A stretch of DNA of 64,000 nt from an uncultured Desulfobacter sp. (GTDB lineage: Bacteria; Desulfobacterota; Desulfobacteria; Desulfobacterales; Desulfobacteraceae): NCBI GenBank assembly GCA_963665095.1, contig OY762069.1, positions 3,552,001 to 3,616,000 on the forward strand, given 5' to 3'. The position numbers and the translations under genes are program-made. A model generated the notes under the pieces. It worked only from the letters and a program-made list of their open reading frames with translations. It did no database searches and was not told the DNA's origin. Of this stretch, positions 1 through 10,928 are shown one piece after another. The stretch's first letter is position 1, and the number at the start of each line of letters is the position of its first letter.

Positions 1-4
1 ACTG

Positions 5-1627
5 ATGACGGGCAGCTTGCCGGCATTCAAACGGATGGTGCTGAAACCGCTCCTTTGTTTGTCCGTTCTGGCATGCTGCCTGTTTTTTATGGCCCCGGCG
101 CTCACTGCCGGAACGCAGAACGGCTCCCGGGCCGCCCAGGTGGAGGTCCTCCGCCTGGGCGGCGGGGACTGGGGATACCCCACCCCCTACGCCCATTATC
201 CCAGGGGCCCCGGGGGATTTAAAATGTGTCTGATCTTCGACAGTCTGCTGGAGCGCGGCGACAAGGGGCTTATTCCCTGGCTGGCCACATCCTGGCAGGT
301 TGAAGACCAGGGAAAGGCCTACATTTTCACCATCCGCCAGGGGGTCAAGTGGCATGACGGAAAACCCATGACCCCTGAAGATGTGGCCTTTTCCCTGGAT
401 TATGCCACCCGGTTTCCCATGACCTGGTCCTATGTGTTTGACCGCATCGAACAGGTGGAAATCCTTGACGGCAACCGGATCAAAGTGAGCCTGAAAGAGC
501 CCACTGCATCCATGCTCTCCTGCCTGGGAACCACCCGGATCCTTCCCAAACATATCTGGGAAAAGGTGGACAAGCCCAAAACCTTTACCCCGCCTGAGGC
601 GGTGATCGGTACCGGCCCCTTCCGGCTCACCAGCTACAGCCGGGAGCACGGCACCTACCAGTTTGAGGCATTTGAAGAGTTCTGGGGACCGGCCGTCCGG
701 GTCAAACGCCTGGAGTTCATCCCGGTGAGCGAGCCCATTCTGGCCTACCAGAAGCACGAGATTGACATGATCCGCGTCTCACCGGATCTTTTGCCCAGGT
801 TCCAGAACAAGCCTGAACATAAGATCCTTCAAAGCCCGGGTTTCTGGGGCTACCGGCTGCTGTTCAACCGGAACTATGACGGACCCGCCCAGAAGGTCCA
901 GGTCCGCCAGGCCTTTGCCTATGCCATTGACCTTGACGAACTGGTTGCCAAGGTGGCCAGGGGAGCGGCCCTGCCCGGAAAGGCCGGGATTCTGCCGCCG
1001 GATCATGTCATGGCCGCGCAAAACGTGAGATCCTATGATTTCAGCACAGAGAAAGCGGCCGAACTTCTGGACCAGGCCGGGTTCACCCTCACCTCCGGGA
1101 GTGTCCGCAAAGGACCGGACGGCAAGCCTCTGGCCTTTGAACTGTTATGCGGCAGCGGTGAGGTCCGGATGGCTGAAATCTTAAAGCAGCGGCTGGCAGC
1201 CGTGGGTGTGGATATCCACATCAAGGCCTGCAACGGAAAAACCCGTGACAGCCAGGTCAGAGAACAAAAATACGATCTGGCCATCATCGGCCACGGCGGC
1301 TGGGGAAATGATCCGGATTACCTGATCGCCCATTGCACCGGTGATATTAAAAAATCCAGCTCGCCATCAGCTTCCGGCGGTTCAGGATTGGCGTCTCCTG
1401 AATTGACGCAACTGCTGGAACAGCAGCGTTCGGAAACCGATCCTGGAAAACGGCGGGAACTGGTGATAAAAATCCAGCAGATGGCGGCAGAAGAAGTGCC
1501 TGAGATCCCGTTGTTTTATACCACAGGATACTCGGTGTTCCGGCCGGCCAAATATGACGGTTGGATGTTTATGTATGACCACCACAGTCTGGAGCATGGC
1601 AAACTGTCTTATCTCGACTGGAAATGA
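5..1627 (+). CDS. ABC transporter substrate-binding protein, family 5 (NikA/DppA/OppA-like)
   Basis: 540 aa with signal peptide. Family-5 motifs LIPWLATSW, IRQGVKWHDGKPMTPEDVAFS and IGTGPF; His-rich C-terminus (YDHHSLEHGK). Start may be a later Met. Confidence 0.92.
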   Translation: MTGSLPAFKRMVLKPLLCLSVLACCLFFMAPALTAGTQNGSRAAQVEVLRLGGGDWGYPTPYAHYPRGPGGFKMCLIFDSLLERGDKGLIPWLATSWQVEDQGKAYIFTIRQGVKWHDGKPMTPEDVAFSLDYATRFPMTWSYVFDRIEQVEILDGNRIKVSLKEPTASMLSCLGTTRILPKHIWEKVDKPKTFTPPEAVIGTGPFRLTSYSREHGTYQFEAFEEFWGPAVRVKRLEFIPVSEPILAYQKHEIDMIRVSPDLLPRFQNKPEHKILQSPGFWGYRLLFNRNYDGPAQKVQVRQAFAYAIDLDELVAKVARGAALPGKAGILPPDHVMAAQNVRSYDFSTEKAAELLDQAGFTLTSGSVRKGPDGKPLAFELLCGSGEVRMAEILKQRLAAVGVDIHIKACNGKTRDSQVREQKYDLAIIGHGGWGNDPDYLIAHCTGDIKKSSSPSASGGSGLASPELTQLLEQQRSETDPGKRRELVIKIQQMAAEEVPEIPLFYTTGYSVFRPAKYDGWMFMYDHHSLEHGKLSYLDWK

Positions 1628-1664
1628 TGTGTTTGATAGAGAGTATAAAAAAAAGGACCTATAT

Positions 1665-2696
1665 TTGAAAGGGAACAAAATATCCGGGAGTACATCCGGA
1701 AGAGTGGTTTCTTACCTGGTGACGGTGTGGGTGATAATTACCCTGAATTTCCTGTTGCCGCGGATGATGCCCGGGGATCCTTTTGTTCATGTATCAGGGG
1801 ATGAAGGGGAAGATCTGCCGGAGTTTACCGAAGCCCAGAAGGCCTACTACATGGAACAATACGGGTTTGACGATCCCCTGCCTGTCCAGTATGCCAGGTA
1901 TATCGTCCGGCTTGCCCACGGGGACCTTGGTGAATCCGTCTATTACAACACGTCTGTGGCAGGCATTCTGGCACGGCGCCTTCCCTGGACCTTAGGGCTT
2001 GTGACGGCGGCTGTGGCCCTGTCCACGGTGATCGGCACATTTTTAGGCGTGGTGTCCGCAGCCTTCCGCCACCAGTGGACTGACCGGCTTTTATTTATCG
2101 GGTTGATTCTTGTCTCGGAAATTCCGGCGTTTCTTCTGGGTCTGGTGATTCTCTTTGTTTTTGCCGCAGCCCTGGATCTGTTTCCGCTTTCCGGTGCCAT
2201 GTCCCATTTTACCGGCCGGATGACCGTCACGGAAAAGATCGTGGATATATCAAAACATGCGGCCCTGCCCGTGGCTACACTCACCCTGGCCCGCCTGGGC
2301 GGCATCTACCTTCTGGCCCGAAACAGCCTTGTCACCGTGCTGGAAAAGGATTTTATGGTCACGGCCAGGGCCAAGGGGCTGACAAGGGTCAGAATTTTCT
2401 GGCGGCATGCGCTTCGCAACGCCATGCTTCCCATTGTCACCCGGGTGTTCATGAGCTTGGGGGCGCTGGTGGGCGGCGCCATCCTGGTGGAAAACGTGTT
2501 CAACTATCCCGGACTTGGCAAGCTCATGCGGGAATCCGTCATGGTCCAGGACTACCCTTTGATCCAGGGGATTTTTCTTCTGGTCACCCTGGCGGTTCTG
2601 TCTGCCAATTTCATGGCAGACCTTGTCTACCGCCGGCTGGATCCCAGGGTAAATGAAAAGAAACCCGTGCAGGGCCAAAGGCTGGTAAAAGCATGA
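1665..2696 (+). CDS. ABC transporter permease (DppB/NikB-like)
   Basis: LNFLLPRMMPGDP N-terminus and EAA-like loop TARAKGLTRVRIFWRHALRNA. In-frame TTG at 1665 follows AAGGA; the track start at 1554 overlaps the upstream gene. Confidence 0.9.
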   Translation: MKGNKISGSTSGRVVSYLVTVWVIITLNFLLPRMMPGDPFVHVSGDEGEDLPEFTEAQKAYYMEQYGFDDPLPVQYARYIVRLAHGDLGESVYYNTSVAGILARRLPWTLGLVTAAVALSTVIGTFLGVVSAAFRHQWTDRLLFIGLILVSEIPAFLLGLVILFVFAAALDLFPLSGAMSHFTGRMTVTEKIVDISKHAALPVATLTLARLGGIYLLARNSLVTVLEKDFMVTARAKGLTRVRIFWRHALRNAMLPIVTRVFMSLGALVGGAILVENVFNYPGLGKLMRESVMVQDYPLIQGIFLLVTLAVLSANFMADLVYRRLDPRVNEKKPVQGQRLVKA

Positions 2697-3547
2697 GCAT
2701 GGAAACAATGTTAAAGGTTTTTTCCAGGATGACACCTTCGGGAAAGGCCGGTGTGTTTATACTGGCTGCCATCACTTTCCTGGCCGTGGCAGCGCCCCTG
2801 GTCTGCCCCTACTCCCACAAACAGATATCAGGCCCTGCCCTGATCCCTCCGGGGAGTGAACACATCATGGGCACGGACGAGCTGGGCGTGGATCTGTGGG
2901 CACAGATCTGCCACGGCGCCAGAATCAGCCTGATTGTAGGACTTGGCACAGCACTTACCGCAGGAATAGGCGGCGGTATTGCAGGTATTGTGTCAGGATA
3001 TACGGGCGGGTTAACCGATATGATCCTCATGCGCATGGTGGATGTGCTGCTGGTACTGCCCGATCTGCCGGTAATGATTGTTCTGGCGGCTTTTTTCGGG
3101 CCGAGCCTGTTCTCCATTGTCCTGGTACTCTCCTGTTTTTCCTGGGTCCACACGGCGCGCATTGTCCGCTCCAGGGTACTGGCCCTGAAACAGCGGCAGT
3201 ACATCCGGGCCGCAGAGCTGAACGGCGCAGGTGCCGTTTATCTGATCCGCCGCCATTTTCTGCCGGAGGTGTTTCCGCTGGCCGCCGTGAGCATGATCCG
3301 GCTCACGGGCCGGGCCATCGTGGCTGAGGCCGGACTCTCTTTCTTAGGACTAGGGGATCCCACCTCACGGTCCTGGGGGCTGATCCTCCACCATGCCACC
3401 TCGTTTCCCGGGATCTATTACACCAAATTCTGGCAGTGGTGGCTGGTCTTCCCGTGGCTGGCACTGACTCTGATGGTGGTGAGTCTGGCCCTGGTCAGCC
3501 GGGACATGGAGAAAATCGCGGATCCCCGGCTGGGAAAAAGGAGCTGA
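2693..3547 (+). CDS. ABC transporter permease (DppC/NikC-like)
   Basis: HIMGTDELGVD, YIRAAELNGA and EAGLSFLGLGDP motifs; ATGA overlap with the previous gene. Confidence 0.92.
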   Translation: MSMETMLKVFSRMTPSGKAGVFILAAITFLAVAAPLVCPYSHKQISGPALIPPGSEHIMGTDELGVDLWAQICHGARISLIVGLGTALTAGIGGGIAGIVSGYTGGLTDMILMRMVDVLLVLPDLPVMIVLAAFFGPSLFSIVLVLSCFSWVHTARIVRSRVLALKQRQYIRAAELNGAGAVYLIRRHFLPEVFPLAAVSMIRLTGRAIVAEAGLSFLGLGDPTSRSWGLILHHATSFPGIYYTKFWQWWLVFPWLALTLMVVSLALVSRDMEKIADPRLGKRS

Positions 3548-3548
3548 T

Positions 3549-5339
3549 ATGAACACCGAGCCGCTTCTTGAAATAAAAGAATTACGCCTTGAATACAGGC
3601 AGAATGATATAGTAACACCGGTTCTGGACCGGATCAGCCTTTCCCTGGCCCCTGGGGAAACCCTTGGCCTGATTGGAGAGTCCGGATGCGGCAAGACCAC
3701 CCTGGCCATGGCTGTCATGGGCCTTGCCAAATCGGCCCGGGTTACAGGAGAGATCCGTTTCAACGGGACTGATCTGACCGGGCTTAAGGAAAAGGAATAT
3801 ACCCGGTTCCGGTGGAACCGCATTGCCCTGGTCTTCCAGAACAGCCAGGAGGTATTTAACCCGGTAATTACCATTGGGGAACAGGTGGCAGAAACCCTGA
3901 CCCGGCACCTGGGCCTTAGCAGGCATGAAGCCCGGCAAAAGACAGGCCAACTGTTTGAACTGACCGGCCTGGACCCGGTATGGCAACAGGCATACGTTCA
4001 CCAGCTTTCCGGGGGGATGCGCCAGCGGGTGCTTATCGCCATGGCCGTGGCCTGCAGTCCGGATCTGCTCATTGTAGACGAACCCTTTACAGCCCTGGAT
4101 GCAACCGCTGCATCTGCCATGGCCGATCTGCTTATCACGCTTCAGCAGCGCCTGGGGTTTGCCATGATTCTGATCTCCCACTCCATGCCCGCCATTGCCA
4201 GGATGACCGAACATGTTGTCACACTGTACGCCGGTCAGGTCATTGAAACCGGCCCCACCCGGGCGGTGCTGGCGGAACCCTGTCACCCCTACACCCGGGG
4301 GCTGATCAATGCCTGCCCTGAATTTTACGAGTACAAAGATCTCTGGGGCATTGCCGGGACCCCGCCGCCACCGGGCAGTGTCTCCGGCTGCCCCTTTTGT
4401 CCGCGCTGTGTCCAGCACGGACCCAACTGCAGCACCCGGCGGCCGGCCCTTGTGCCGGCAGGCGAAAACAGGCTTGTGGCCTGCCACAAAGGCGGTATTA
4501 CCACAGTGCTGGAAGCGTTAGGCCTTGAAAAGACCTTTGACCTGAACGGAACCGCTGTACGAGCAGTCAGGCAAGCGGATATCACTGTCCGATTTGGTGA
4601 GATCGTGGCCCTTGTGGGACCCTCAGGGTCTGGCAAATCCACCCTGGCCCATCTGCTGGTGGCCCTGGAGGCTCCTGACAAGGGCCGGGTACTCTTCCAG
4701 GGAAAGCCCATAACAGACCAAAGTGCCACCGCATGCATGGGCGGCATGCAGCTGGTGTTTCAGGACCCGGCCCAGGCGGTCAGCCCCAGGCTGACAGTGT
4801 TGGAGGCGGTCCGGGAACCCCTGGATATCATGGGGTGGAAAACCCGGCAGGAGAGGGATGAAAAAGCGCTTTCAACCCTGGCCCTGGTCCACCTCTCCAA
4901 AGATGCCGGTTTTGTGAACCAGCCCTGCCACGGCTTAAGCGGGGGCCAGCGCCAGCGCATCTGTGTGGCCCGGGCCCTGGTCACCGATCCCATGCTGCTC
5001 ATCGCCGATGAGATTACCGCCATGCTGGACCCGTCTGCCCAGGCCCACCTGCTGCGCATGCTTAAAGGCCTTCAGCATCAAAAAGGTTTCTCCATGCTCT
5101 TTATTTCCCATGATATTCACCTGACGCGAAAAATCGCCGACCGGGTCTATGTCCTCGACCAGGGAGCCATTGTGGCCAGCGGCGCCGGATACGAGGTGTT
5201 TGAATCAGACACCTCATCCGAAATTACGTATAAAACCGGGGATCGCCTATCTGATCCCGGATCATCACCTGAAAAAACAGGCCCCGGGATTCCCGGGGCA
5301 ATCACCCCACCATTTACAGAAAAGGAAACATTTGCATGA
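3549..5339 (+). CDS. ABC transporter ATP-binding protein, fused double ATPase (DppD/DppF-like)
   Basis: Two Walker A motifs ([16 protein letters not shown]), two LSGG signatures, and an HPYT plus Cys-rich oligopeptide-transporter C-terminal domain between the two ATPases. Confidence 0.93.
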   Translation: MNTEPLLEIKELRLEYRQNDIVTPVLDRISLSLAPGETLGLIGESGCGKTTLAMAVMGLAKSARVTGEIRFNGTDLTGLKEKEYTRFRWNRIALVFQNSQEVFNPVITIGEQVAETLTRHLGLSRHEARQKTGQLFELTGLDPVWQQAYVHQLSGGMRQRVLIAMAVACSPDLLIVDEPFTALDATAASAMADLLITLQQRLGFAMILISHSMPAIARMTEHVVTLYAGQVIETGPTRAVLAEPCHPYTRGLINACPEFYEYKDLWGIAGTPPPPGSVSGCPFCPRCVQHGPNCSTRRPALVPAGENRLVACHKGGITTVLEALGLEKTFDLNGTAVRAVRQADITVRFGEIVALVGPSGSGKSTLAHLLVALEAPDKGRVLFQGKPITDQSATACMGGMQLVFQDPAQAVSPRLTVLEAVREPLDIMGWKTRQERDEKALSTLALVHLSKDAGFVNQPCHGLSGGQRQRICVARALVTDPMLLIADEITAMLDPSAQAHLLRMLKGLQHQKGFSMLFISHDIHLTRKIADRVYVLDQGAIVASGAGYEVFESDTSSEITYKTGDRLSDPGSSPEKTGPGIPGAITPPFTEKETFA

Positions 5340-6340
5340 AACGTTCTTTTGTTATTCTCCAGTGTACAGTCCTGTTCTTCCTTTTTACAGCCGTCCAGGG
5401 CGTTGCAGCCATGCCGTCCATCACCCCTGTGATAAAAAAGGCCATGACCACCCTGAAGGTAACCAAGTCAGATTCCGATATTCTGGTGCTGACCAATGCA
5501 ACGGCTGTGCTGACAGACGGTAAATCAAGCCTGCCCATTCTGGCACAGGTCCAGGAGGCCACCGGTGCCATGGTTGGCAAGGGCAACCTGCTTTTTTTCC
5601 AGAGAACCCAGAATTCTGCCCTGCGCATCATGCTCTTTAAAAAATCAGACAGAAGTACTGTGATCATCAGTGCGGAGAAATCAAAATGGGCCGAAGACAC
5701 CCTTGATCTTGACCCGAAAACGATTTTAGATCCGGAATTCTGGAAAGGCGCCAAAGATAAATACACAGCAGGGAAAGATTTGTCCGCCCTGGTCGCCATA
5801 GCCACAGCCTGGGCCGAAGGCGCACCCTACGATTTTCTGAAAGCGGCCGAGCTTCACAACCACATCTGCCCGGGCCTCACCTCTGGTTATCTCATCGCCC
5901 ATTTTATTCTGAATCACTATCCTTTGGAAAAAGGCCAGCGTTACACCATTATTTCAAGCCCGGTCTGGTGCAAGGAAGACGCCTTCCAGGTGGTTATGGA
6001 CCTGACACCCGGCAAAAGGGGCATGGTGGTAAAACCCTTGCCCAAAGGGGAGAAAGAGAAAATCTCCATACCCAACCCGGCCGGCATGGTGCTGATCTGG
6101 GACCAGAAGCAGAAAAAAGGCAAAGCCGTTGCATTAAGCTTTGATTTTAACAACCTCAAAGGCCTCTACCCTGAAGGAACTCCCAAACCGGCCTCAATCC
6201 TGTACACCGCCAAACACCTGTCATCCCCAGACAAATTTGTCACCGCAGAAAAAGAGTTTGATCTGGATGAAACCCAATTCAATGCTATTTGCGAAGCCGG
6301 CAGCAACCCGTGGGAGGTGGCAGGTTTGACAACGCCATAA
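5336..6340 (+). CDS. Exported FmdE-family (FwdE-like) metal-binding protein
   Basis: Signal peptide ([25 protein letters not shown]); FmdE motif AAELHNHICPGLTSGY and PVWCKEDAFQ; ATGA coupling to the ATPase. Confidence 0.75.
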   Translation: MKRSFVILQCTVLFFLFTAVQGVAAMPSITPVIKKAMTTLKVTKSDSDILVLTNATAVLTDGKSSLPILAQVQEATGAMVGKGNLLFFQRTQNSALRIMLFKKSDRSTVIISAEKSKWAEDTLDLDPKTILDPEFWKGAKDKYTAGKDLSALVAIATAWAEGAPYDFLKAAELHNHICPGLTSGYLIAHFILNHYPLEKGQRYTIISSPVWCKEDAFQVVMDLTPGKRGMVVKPLPKGEKEKISIPNPAGMVLIWDQKQKKGKAVALSFDFNNLKGLYPEGTPKPASILYTAKHLSSPDKFVTAEKEFDLDETQFNAICEAGSNPWEVAGLTTP

Positions 6341-6356
6341 ATCGTTTTATTTTTCA

Positions 6357-6397
6357 AAAAAATCCGGCACCATCTTCCCGGATGGGCCGGATTTTTT
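6357..6397 (+). terminator. Intrinsic terminator of the ABC-FmdE operon
   Basis: AAAAAATCCGGC-a-CCATC...GATGG-GCCGGATTTTTT hairpin with T-tract 16 bp after the stop codon. Confidence 0.85.
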
Positions 6398-6609
6398 CTT
6401 CGCCATATGCCTGTAATTTTCAGAATTGGGATCACACGTGCGGCCCATCCATTTTCCCCAGAAGAGTTAACATATACATCAGAGATCACCCGCTCTTAGT
6501 TTTAATAAACGCCAATATTGAAAAAATCATCTTGCCATGTACCTGGGAATCAGCATATCATTTGTCTAATTTCACAAGGCAAATTTAACATCTCTATGGG
6601 ACAATAACT

Positions 6610-7005
6610 ATGAACAGAATGCTCATTGTTGATGATGAAGAAATCGGCAGAGCCTTAATGGAGGATATTTTCAGTAAATACGGACAGTTTGTATCGGTCT
6701 CTTCGGGTTCTGACGCACTTAAGGTGTATCAAAAAGGCATTGAAAAAGAGAAACCCTTCAACATTGTTTTGCTGGACATCTCGCTCAAAGATATCAGCGG
6801 GGTGGAGGTCTTAAAAAAAATAAAAAAAATTGACGCAGGACAGGAAAATCACAAGTCAACGGTTATCATGGTTACCGCTCATAGTGAACGTAACCTGGTC
6901 ATAGGTTGCATTAAAGCGGGATGCAGGGCATATTTCATAAAACCGCTGAAGCAGGACGCAGTGGATAAGAAGATGACCGAACTGGGATTTTCCCCCGCAA
7001 AATAA
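6610..7005 (+). CDS. Single-domain response regulator (CheY-like)
   Basis: 131 aa; LIVDDE, VLLDI (phospho-Asp), MVTA and IKP motifs. Confidence 0.9.
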   Translation: MNRMLIVDDEEIGRALMEDIFSKYGQFVSVSSGSDALKVYQKGIEKEKPFNIVLLDISLKDISGVEVLKKIKKIDAGQENHKSTVIMVTAHSERNLVIGCIKAGCRAYFIKPLKQDAVDKKMTELGFSPAK

Positions 7006-7060
7006 AAAAACAGCGTAGTTTTCAGACCGTTTTTTCAGGTTATTGACCAGGGGGGAGAAA

Positions 7061-7951
7061 GTGGAATCATCCGGCTATCACCAGACCGCAAAGCTCTACC
7101 TGGACAAATTTACAGGGCTGAAAACGGTACCACCCGTGGCCGCCCGCCTGGTGAAAATGATTGACGAAGACACCTCCTCTCTTGAAGATTTTGAAACAGT
7201 CATCCGGGTTGACCCCACACTGGTTTTACGGATTTTAAAGCTGATCAACTCTGCCTACTTCTCCTTAAGGACAAAAATTAAGAATATATCCGAAGCGGTT
7301 GCCTACATTGGTATGGACAACCTGAGGAACATGATTGTTCTTGATGCGGTGAAAAATCTATTTTTCAAGGATTCAGACACGATAGAATTTTCCAGAAAAA
7401 AATTGTGGGCCCATTGTGCCGTGACAAGTATCTGCTGCCAGATGGTTGCAGAGCGGGTTTTTGTCCAGAAAGGGGAAGATGCTTTTTTATGCGGGATACT
7501 CCACGATGTAGGCCTCATTATTGAAGATCAGGTGGCCCAGAAAAAATTTAAAGAATTTTGCTGCACATTTGACCCGGCAGGCCAGAATCTGACGGATCAC
7601 GAACGAATGGTCATGGGAACGGATCATACCATCATCGGTTATGAGCTGGCCCAGCAATGGAGGCTGGGATCAGATCTTTGCCAGGGGATGAGGGTTCATC
7701 ACGATGTTCTTAATAATGTAGAACCGGACAGCCATGCCGGCATGCTTCAAATCGCCGAATATCTGGCATCCAGACTCGGGTATGCGGCATTCCCGGAAAC
7801 ACACACAGGGATACATTCGCCGCCACTGCTTTCCCATATCAAGGGCAATATTATGGACTATCGCGCCATTGTGGATGACCTGCCCGGCGAAATTCAACGG
7901 ATCAGGGAAATTTACTCCCTTGAGGATGACAATGCCGATGACATTGTTTGA
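7061..7951 (+). CDS. HDOD domain protein
   Basis: [33 protein letters not shown] and [13 protein letters not shown] motifs. GTG at 7061 follows GGGGGAG; the track uses TTG 7043. Confidence 0.88.
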   Translation: MESSGYHQTAKLYLDKFTGLKTVPPVAARLVKMIDEDTSSLEDFETVIRVDPTLVLRILKLINSAYFSLRTKIKNISEAVAYIGMDNLRNMIVLDAVKNLFFKDSDTIEFSRKKLWAHCAVTSICCQMVAERVFVQKGEDAFLCGILHDVGLIIEDQVAQKKFKEFCCTFDPAGQNLTDHERMVMGTDHTIIGYELAQQWRLGSDLCQGMRVHHDVLNNVEPDSHAGMLQIAEYLASRLGYAAFPETHTGIHSPPLLSHIKGNIMDYRAIVDDLPGEIQRIREIYSLEDDNADDIV

Positions 7952-10472
7952 TGATATCCTTCAAGAATCAGACGACGAGATGAACGCTGGTTTTCTTTCG
8001 TTGCTGAACAGATTTCTTCCTGCATACAGGTTTGCGATTTTGTTGAACAAAGGCGGTCATATGGGGCCTTTGGCAGAGGATCTTGTGGAGGAAAGCCTTG
8101 CCAATCGGTTACTGCAGGCTGCTGACAGCCAACGGGTCGTATCCGGCTCCAGCGGCGCAATGCTTTCTGTCTCACTAAAAAAAATGAATTCCGTTCTCGT
8201 CTGTGAACTCCCCTTGAACGCAGATCCAGTCATTGCTGCGGTTATGGCCCAGGATATGATCCGCCTGTGCGTGGCACTTTATGAAAAAGAACGCCTTCTG
8301 ACAGAGGAAAAGGCGCTTCTTGCCGCCCACAAAGAGCAGCGTGACCGCAGAATCACAGTTCTGGAAAAAAAATACCAGGATATTCTGACCCGCAATCAGA
8401 CCCAGAGTGCAGAATACTCCAGGCTGCTTCACTCCGAGATTCAGAACCGTACATCTGAACTGGAGCATTCCAACAAAGCACTGGCAAAGGCCAAAGAAAG
8501 GGCAGAGGCCGCAAATATTGCAAAAGATCAGTTTTTGGCAAATATGAGCCATGAGATACGAACCCCCATGAACGGGGTTATCGGCATGGTCGACATTCTA
8601 TTGAGAACGCCCCTTACCCAAGAGCAGCGACACTTTGCCATGCTCATGAAAAACTCATCCGAAGCGCTTCTCAATGTCATCAACGATATTCTGGATTATT
8701 CAAAAATAGAAGCAGGCAAACTGGATATTGAGGAGATTGATTTCAATTTAAGACAGGTTATGGAAGAGATTTCAGATATTATCTCGATCTCTGTATTCGA
8801 AAAAGGGCTCTTTTTTGCCACCATTTTACAGGCAGATGTCCCGGTGCTGTTAACGGGAGATCCAGTGAGGCTGCGCCAGATTATAATGAATTTTTGCGGG
8901 AATGCCGTTAAATTTACCCGGCAGGGGGGCATTGCAATTCAGGTTAGCCTGGAATCAACATCCCAGTCTGAAGTGCAATTAAATTTTTCAGTGACTGACT
9001 CCGGCATAGGTATCCCGGAAGACCGCATAGACGGATTGTTTCGTTCCTTCTCCCAGGTGGATTCAAGCATGACCCGGCAATATGGCGGCACAGGACTTGG
9101 CCTTGCCATTTCCAAGCAGCTGACAGAACTGATGGGCGGAGAGATCGGGGTCATTTCACAAGAGAACAAAGGATCTACCTTCTGGTGCAAACTGGGATTT
9201 AAGCGGCAATCCAGAGAAGAACCAGAAGTCAATGTTGCTCCGGGCCGCACACCCCTTGTGTTGATTGCTCAAGCACAGCCGGCAGCCAGGCAGGCGCTGG
9301 CTGAATATATCAAGCTTGTGGGCGGGGCTTTCCAGGAAGCCGAGGATATACCCGAGGCCTGCAGCAAACTGGTGTCTGCCCGGCGGTCCGGCCAGCCGTT
9401 TGATTATGTTTTTTTTGACCAGGATCTTTCCGGCATACCGGGAACAGACCTGGTTGAAGTCGCAGCCCAGCACTGTGATATCTCAGATATACTATTTGTG
9501 CGTCTGTCTTTCCCCGGAAGGCAGAAACCGCAGCCCGGCCAGTTCATCCATCCCCGCATCATGAATGTGAATAAACCTGTAAAGTATGCGGATTTTATCT
9601 CTTGCATGTCATTGACCAATTATTTACCTGATAATGAATCACCGAATGATTTATCCCCGGAACCGGTTCATTCTGATGAGATCTGGGTAACCTGTCCGTG
9701 CCGTCTGCTCCTTGCTGAAGACGACGAGATGAATCGCATTGTCGCCCAGAATCTTCTGGAAAGAATGAACCTGACCGATATTCTGGTCGCGGAAAACGGC
9801 CAGGAAGCGTATGACTTTTTTAAAGCCGGTCAATTTGATCTGATACTTCTGGACGGGCAGATGCCGGTGATGAGCGGCCTGGATGCTGCGGTTAACATCC
9901 GGGCGTATGAAGAGAAACACAACCTTGACCCCACACCGATTATTGCACTGACGGCCCATGCAATGAAGCATGACCGGGATACCTTTCTGGCCTGCGGGAT
10001 GGATGACTACATCACAAAACCCCTGGCATTGGGGGCCCTGGCCGATGTGATTAAACGAATTCTGCCGGAGGGCTGCTGCACAGGCAGCGCTTCCCCGCAG
10101 GACACGTCGCATCAAAACCTTCAGGGCTGTGTGGACCTGGTCGAACTGCGGCTGATCATGAACGCAAAGAAATCCCTGCTGGAAAAATGTATCCGGACGT
10201 TTAAAAAAAATCATGGTCCGGTCCTGACTCAGATTGAAAACAGTGTTCTGGATAACGACGGTCCCGGGCTGCAGAAAAGTGCACATAAGCTTAAAGGCAT
10301 GTTCAGGTATCTGGCTGCCGGACCTGCAGCTGAACTTGCATCCCGGCTCGAACAGATGGGGGGGGACGGAAAAATTAAAGATGCGCCCCCTTTAATCTTG
10401 CAATTACAAGAAGTCTGCAGAAATATAGTGGCATGCCTTGAAAATATTTCTGATCAGGATGGCTTTTGTTGA
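7932..10472 (+). CDS. Cytoplasmic hybrid histidine kinase (HisKA-HATPase-degenerate REC-REC-Hpt)
   Basis: H-box [17 protein letters not shown]1/G2 boxes, REC LLLAEDD...ILLDGQMP, Hpt SAHKLKG; no TM helix seen. Start placed at ATG 7932 (or 7938) after GAGGA. Confidence 0.9.
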   Translation: MPMTLFDDILQESDDEMNAGFLSLLNRFLPAYRFAILLNKGGHMGPLAEDLVEESLANRLLQAADSQRVVSGSSGAMLSVSLKKMNSVLVCELPLNADPVIAAVMAQDMIRLCVALYEKERLLTEEKALLAAHKEQRDRRITVLEKKYQDILTRNQTQSAEYSRLLHSEIQNRTSELEHSNKALAKAKERAEAANIAKDQFLANMSHEIRTPMNGVIGMVDILLRTPLTQEQRHFAMLMKNSSEALLNVINDILDYSKIEAGKLDIEEIDFNLRQVMEEISDIISISVFEKGLFFATILQADVPVLLTGDPVRLRQIIMNFCGNAVKFTRQGGIAIQVSLESTSQSEVQLNFSVTDSGIGIPEDRIDGLFRSFSQVDSSMTRQYGGTGLGLAISKQLTELMGGEIGVISQENKGSTFWCKLGFKRQSREEPEVNVAPGRTPLVLIAQAQPAARQALAEYIKLVGGAFQEAEDIPEACSKLVSARRSGQPFDYVFFDQDLSGIPGTDLVEVAAQHCDISDILFVRLSFPGRQKPQPGQFIHPRIMNVNKPVKYADFISCMSLTNYLPDNESPNDLSPEPVHSDEIWVTCPCRLLLAEDDEMNRIVAQNLLERMNLTDILVAENGQEAYDFFKAGQFDLILLDGQMPVMSGLDAAVNIRAYEEKHNLDPTPIIALTAHAMKHDRDTFLACGMDDYITKPLALGALADVIKRILPEGCCTGSASPQDTSHQNLQGCVDLVELRLIMNAKKSLLEKCIRTFKKNHGPVLTQIENSVLDNDGPGLQKSAHKLKGMFRYLAAGPAAELASRLEQMGGDGKIKDAPPLILQLQEVCRNIVACLENISDQDGFC

Positions 10473-10526
10473 AGCCTGATGAATTATATTCTTATGGGAT
10501 AAATAAATTAAACTTTGGAGCAACAG

Positions 10527-10928
10527 ATGCCTAAAATTTTATGGGAAGACAAGTACAACATCGGAAATGAGGTCATTGATAATCAGCACCAGGAGTTGAT
10601 AGCATATTACAATGCTGCCCATAAAAACATGCTTTCCAACCAGGATATCAGTTCTTTAGGCCTTGATGCGTTAACCAAAATGGTAGATTACTGCCGATAC
10701 CATTTTGATTCTGAAGAAGCCTATATGGCAGAAATTGGATTCCCGGACCTTAAGGAACATAAAGAAATTCATGAGAGGTTCCATTCAAAACTCAATGGTC
10801 TCTTAATGATGGACCAGGATGAGTGGCTCCTGACCTCTGAGATTCTTAAAATATTTGAAAACTGGATTGTTTATCATATTTTAAATTTGGACAAAAAAAT
10901 TGTTCAACAAGATCAGGACAAAGAGTAA
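10527..10928 (+). CDS. Bacteriohemerythrin (single domain)
   Basis: All seven di-iron ligand positions: IDNQH, HFDSEE, HKEIH and HILNLD. ATG 10527 follows GGAG. Confidence 0.9.
   Translation: MPKILWEDKYNIGNEVIDNQHQELIAYYNAAHKNMLSNQDISSLGLDALTKMVDYCRYHFDSEEAYMAEIGFPDLKEHKEIHERFHSKLNGLLMMDQDEWLLTSEILKIFENWIVYHILNLDKKIVQQDQDKE

Noticed and set aside
1554..1664. Track N-terminal extension of the first permease
   Set aside because: It overlaps the SBP gene; TTG 1665 with an RBS fits better.
3582..4487. Long antisense ORFs (also 9651-10286, 27019-27498, 56271-57020, 61552-62106)
   Set aside because: They are shadows of well-supported genes on the other strand and show no motifs.
7734..7931. Track N-terminal extension of the hybrid kinase
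   Set aside because: It overlaps the HDOD gene by about 200 bp; RBS-supported ATGs lie at 7932 and 7938.
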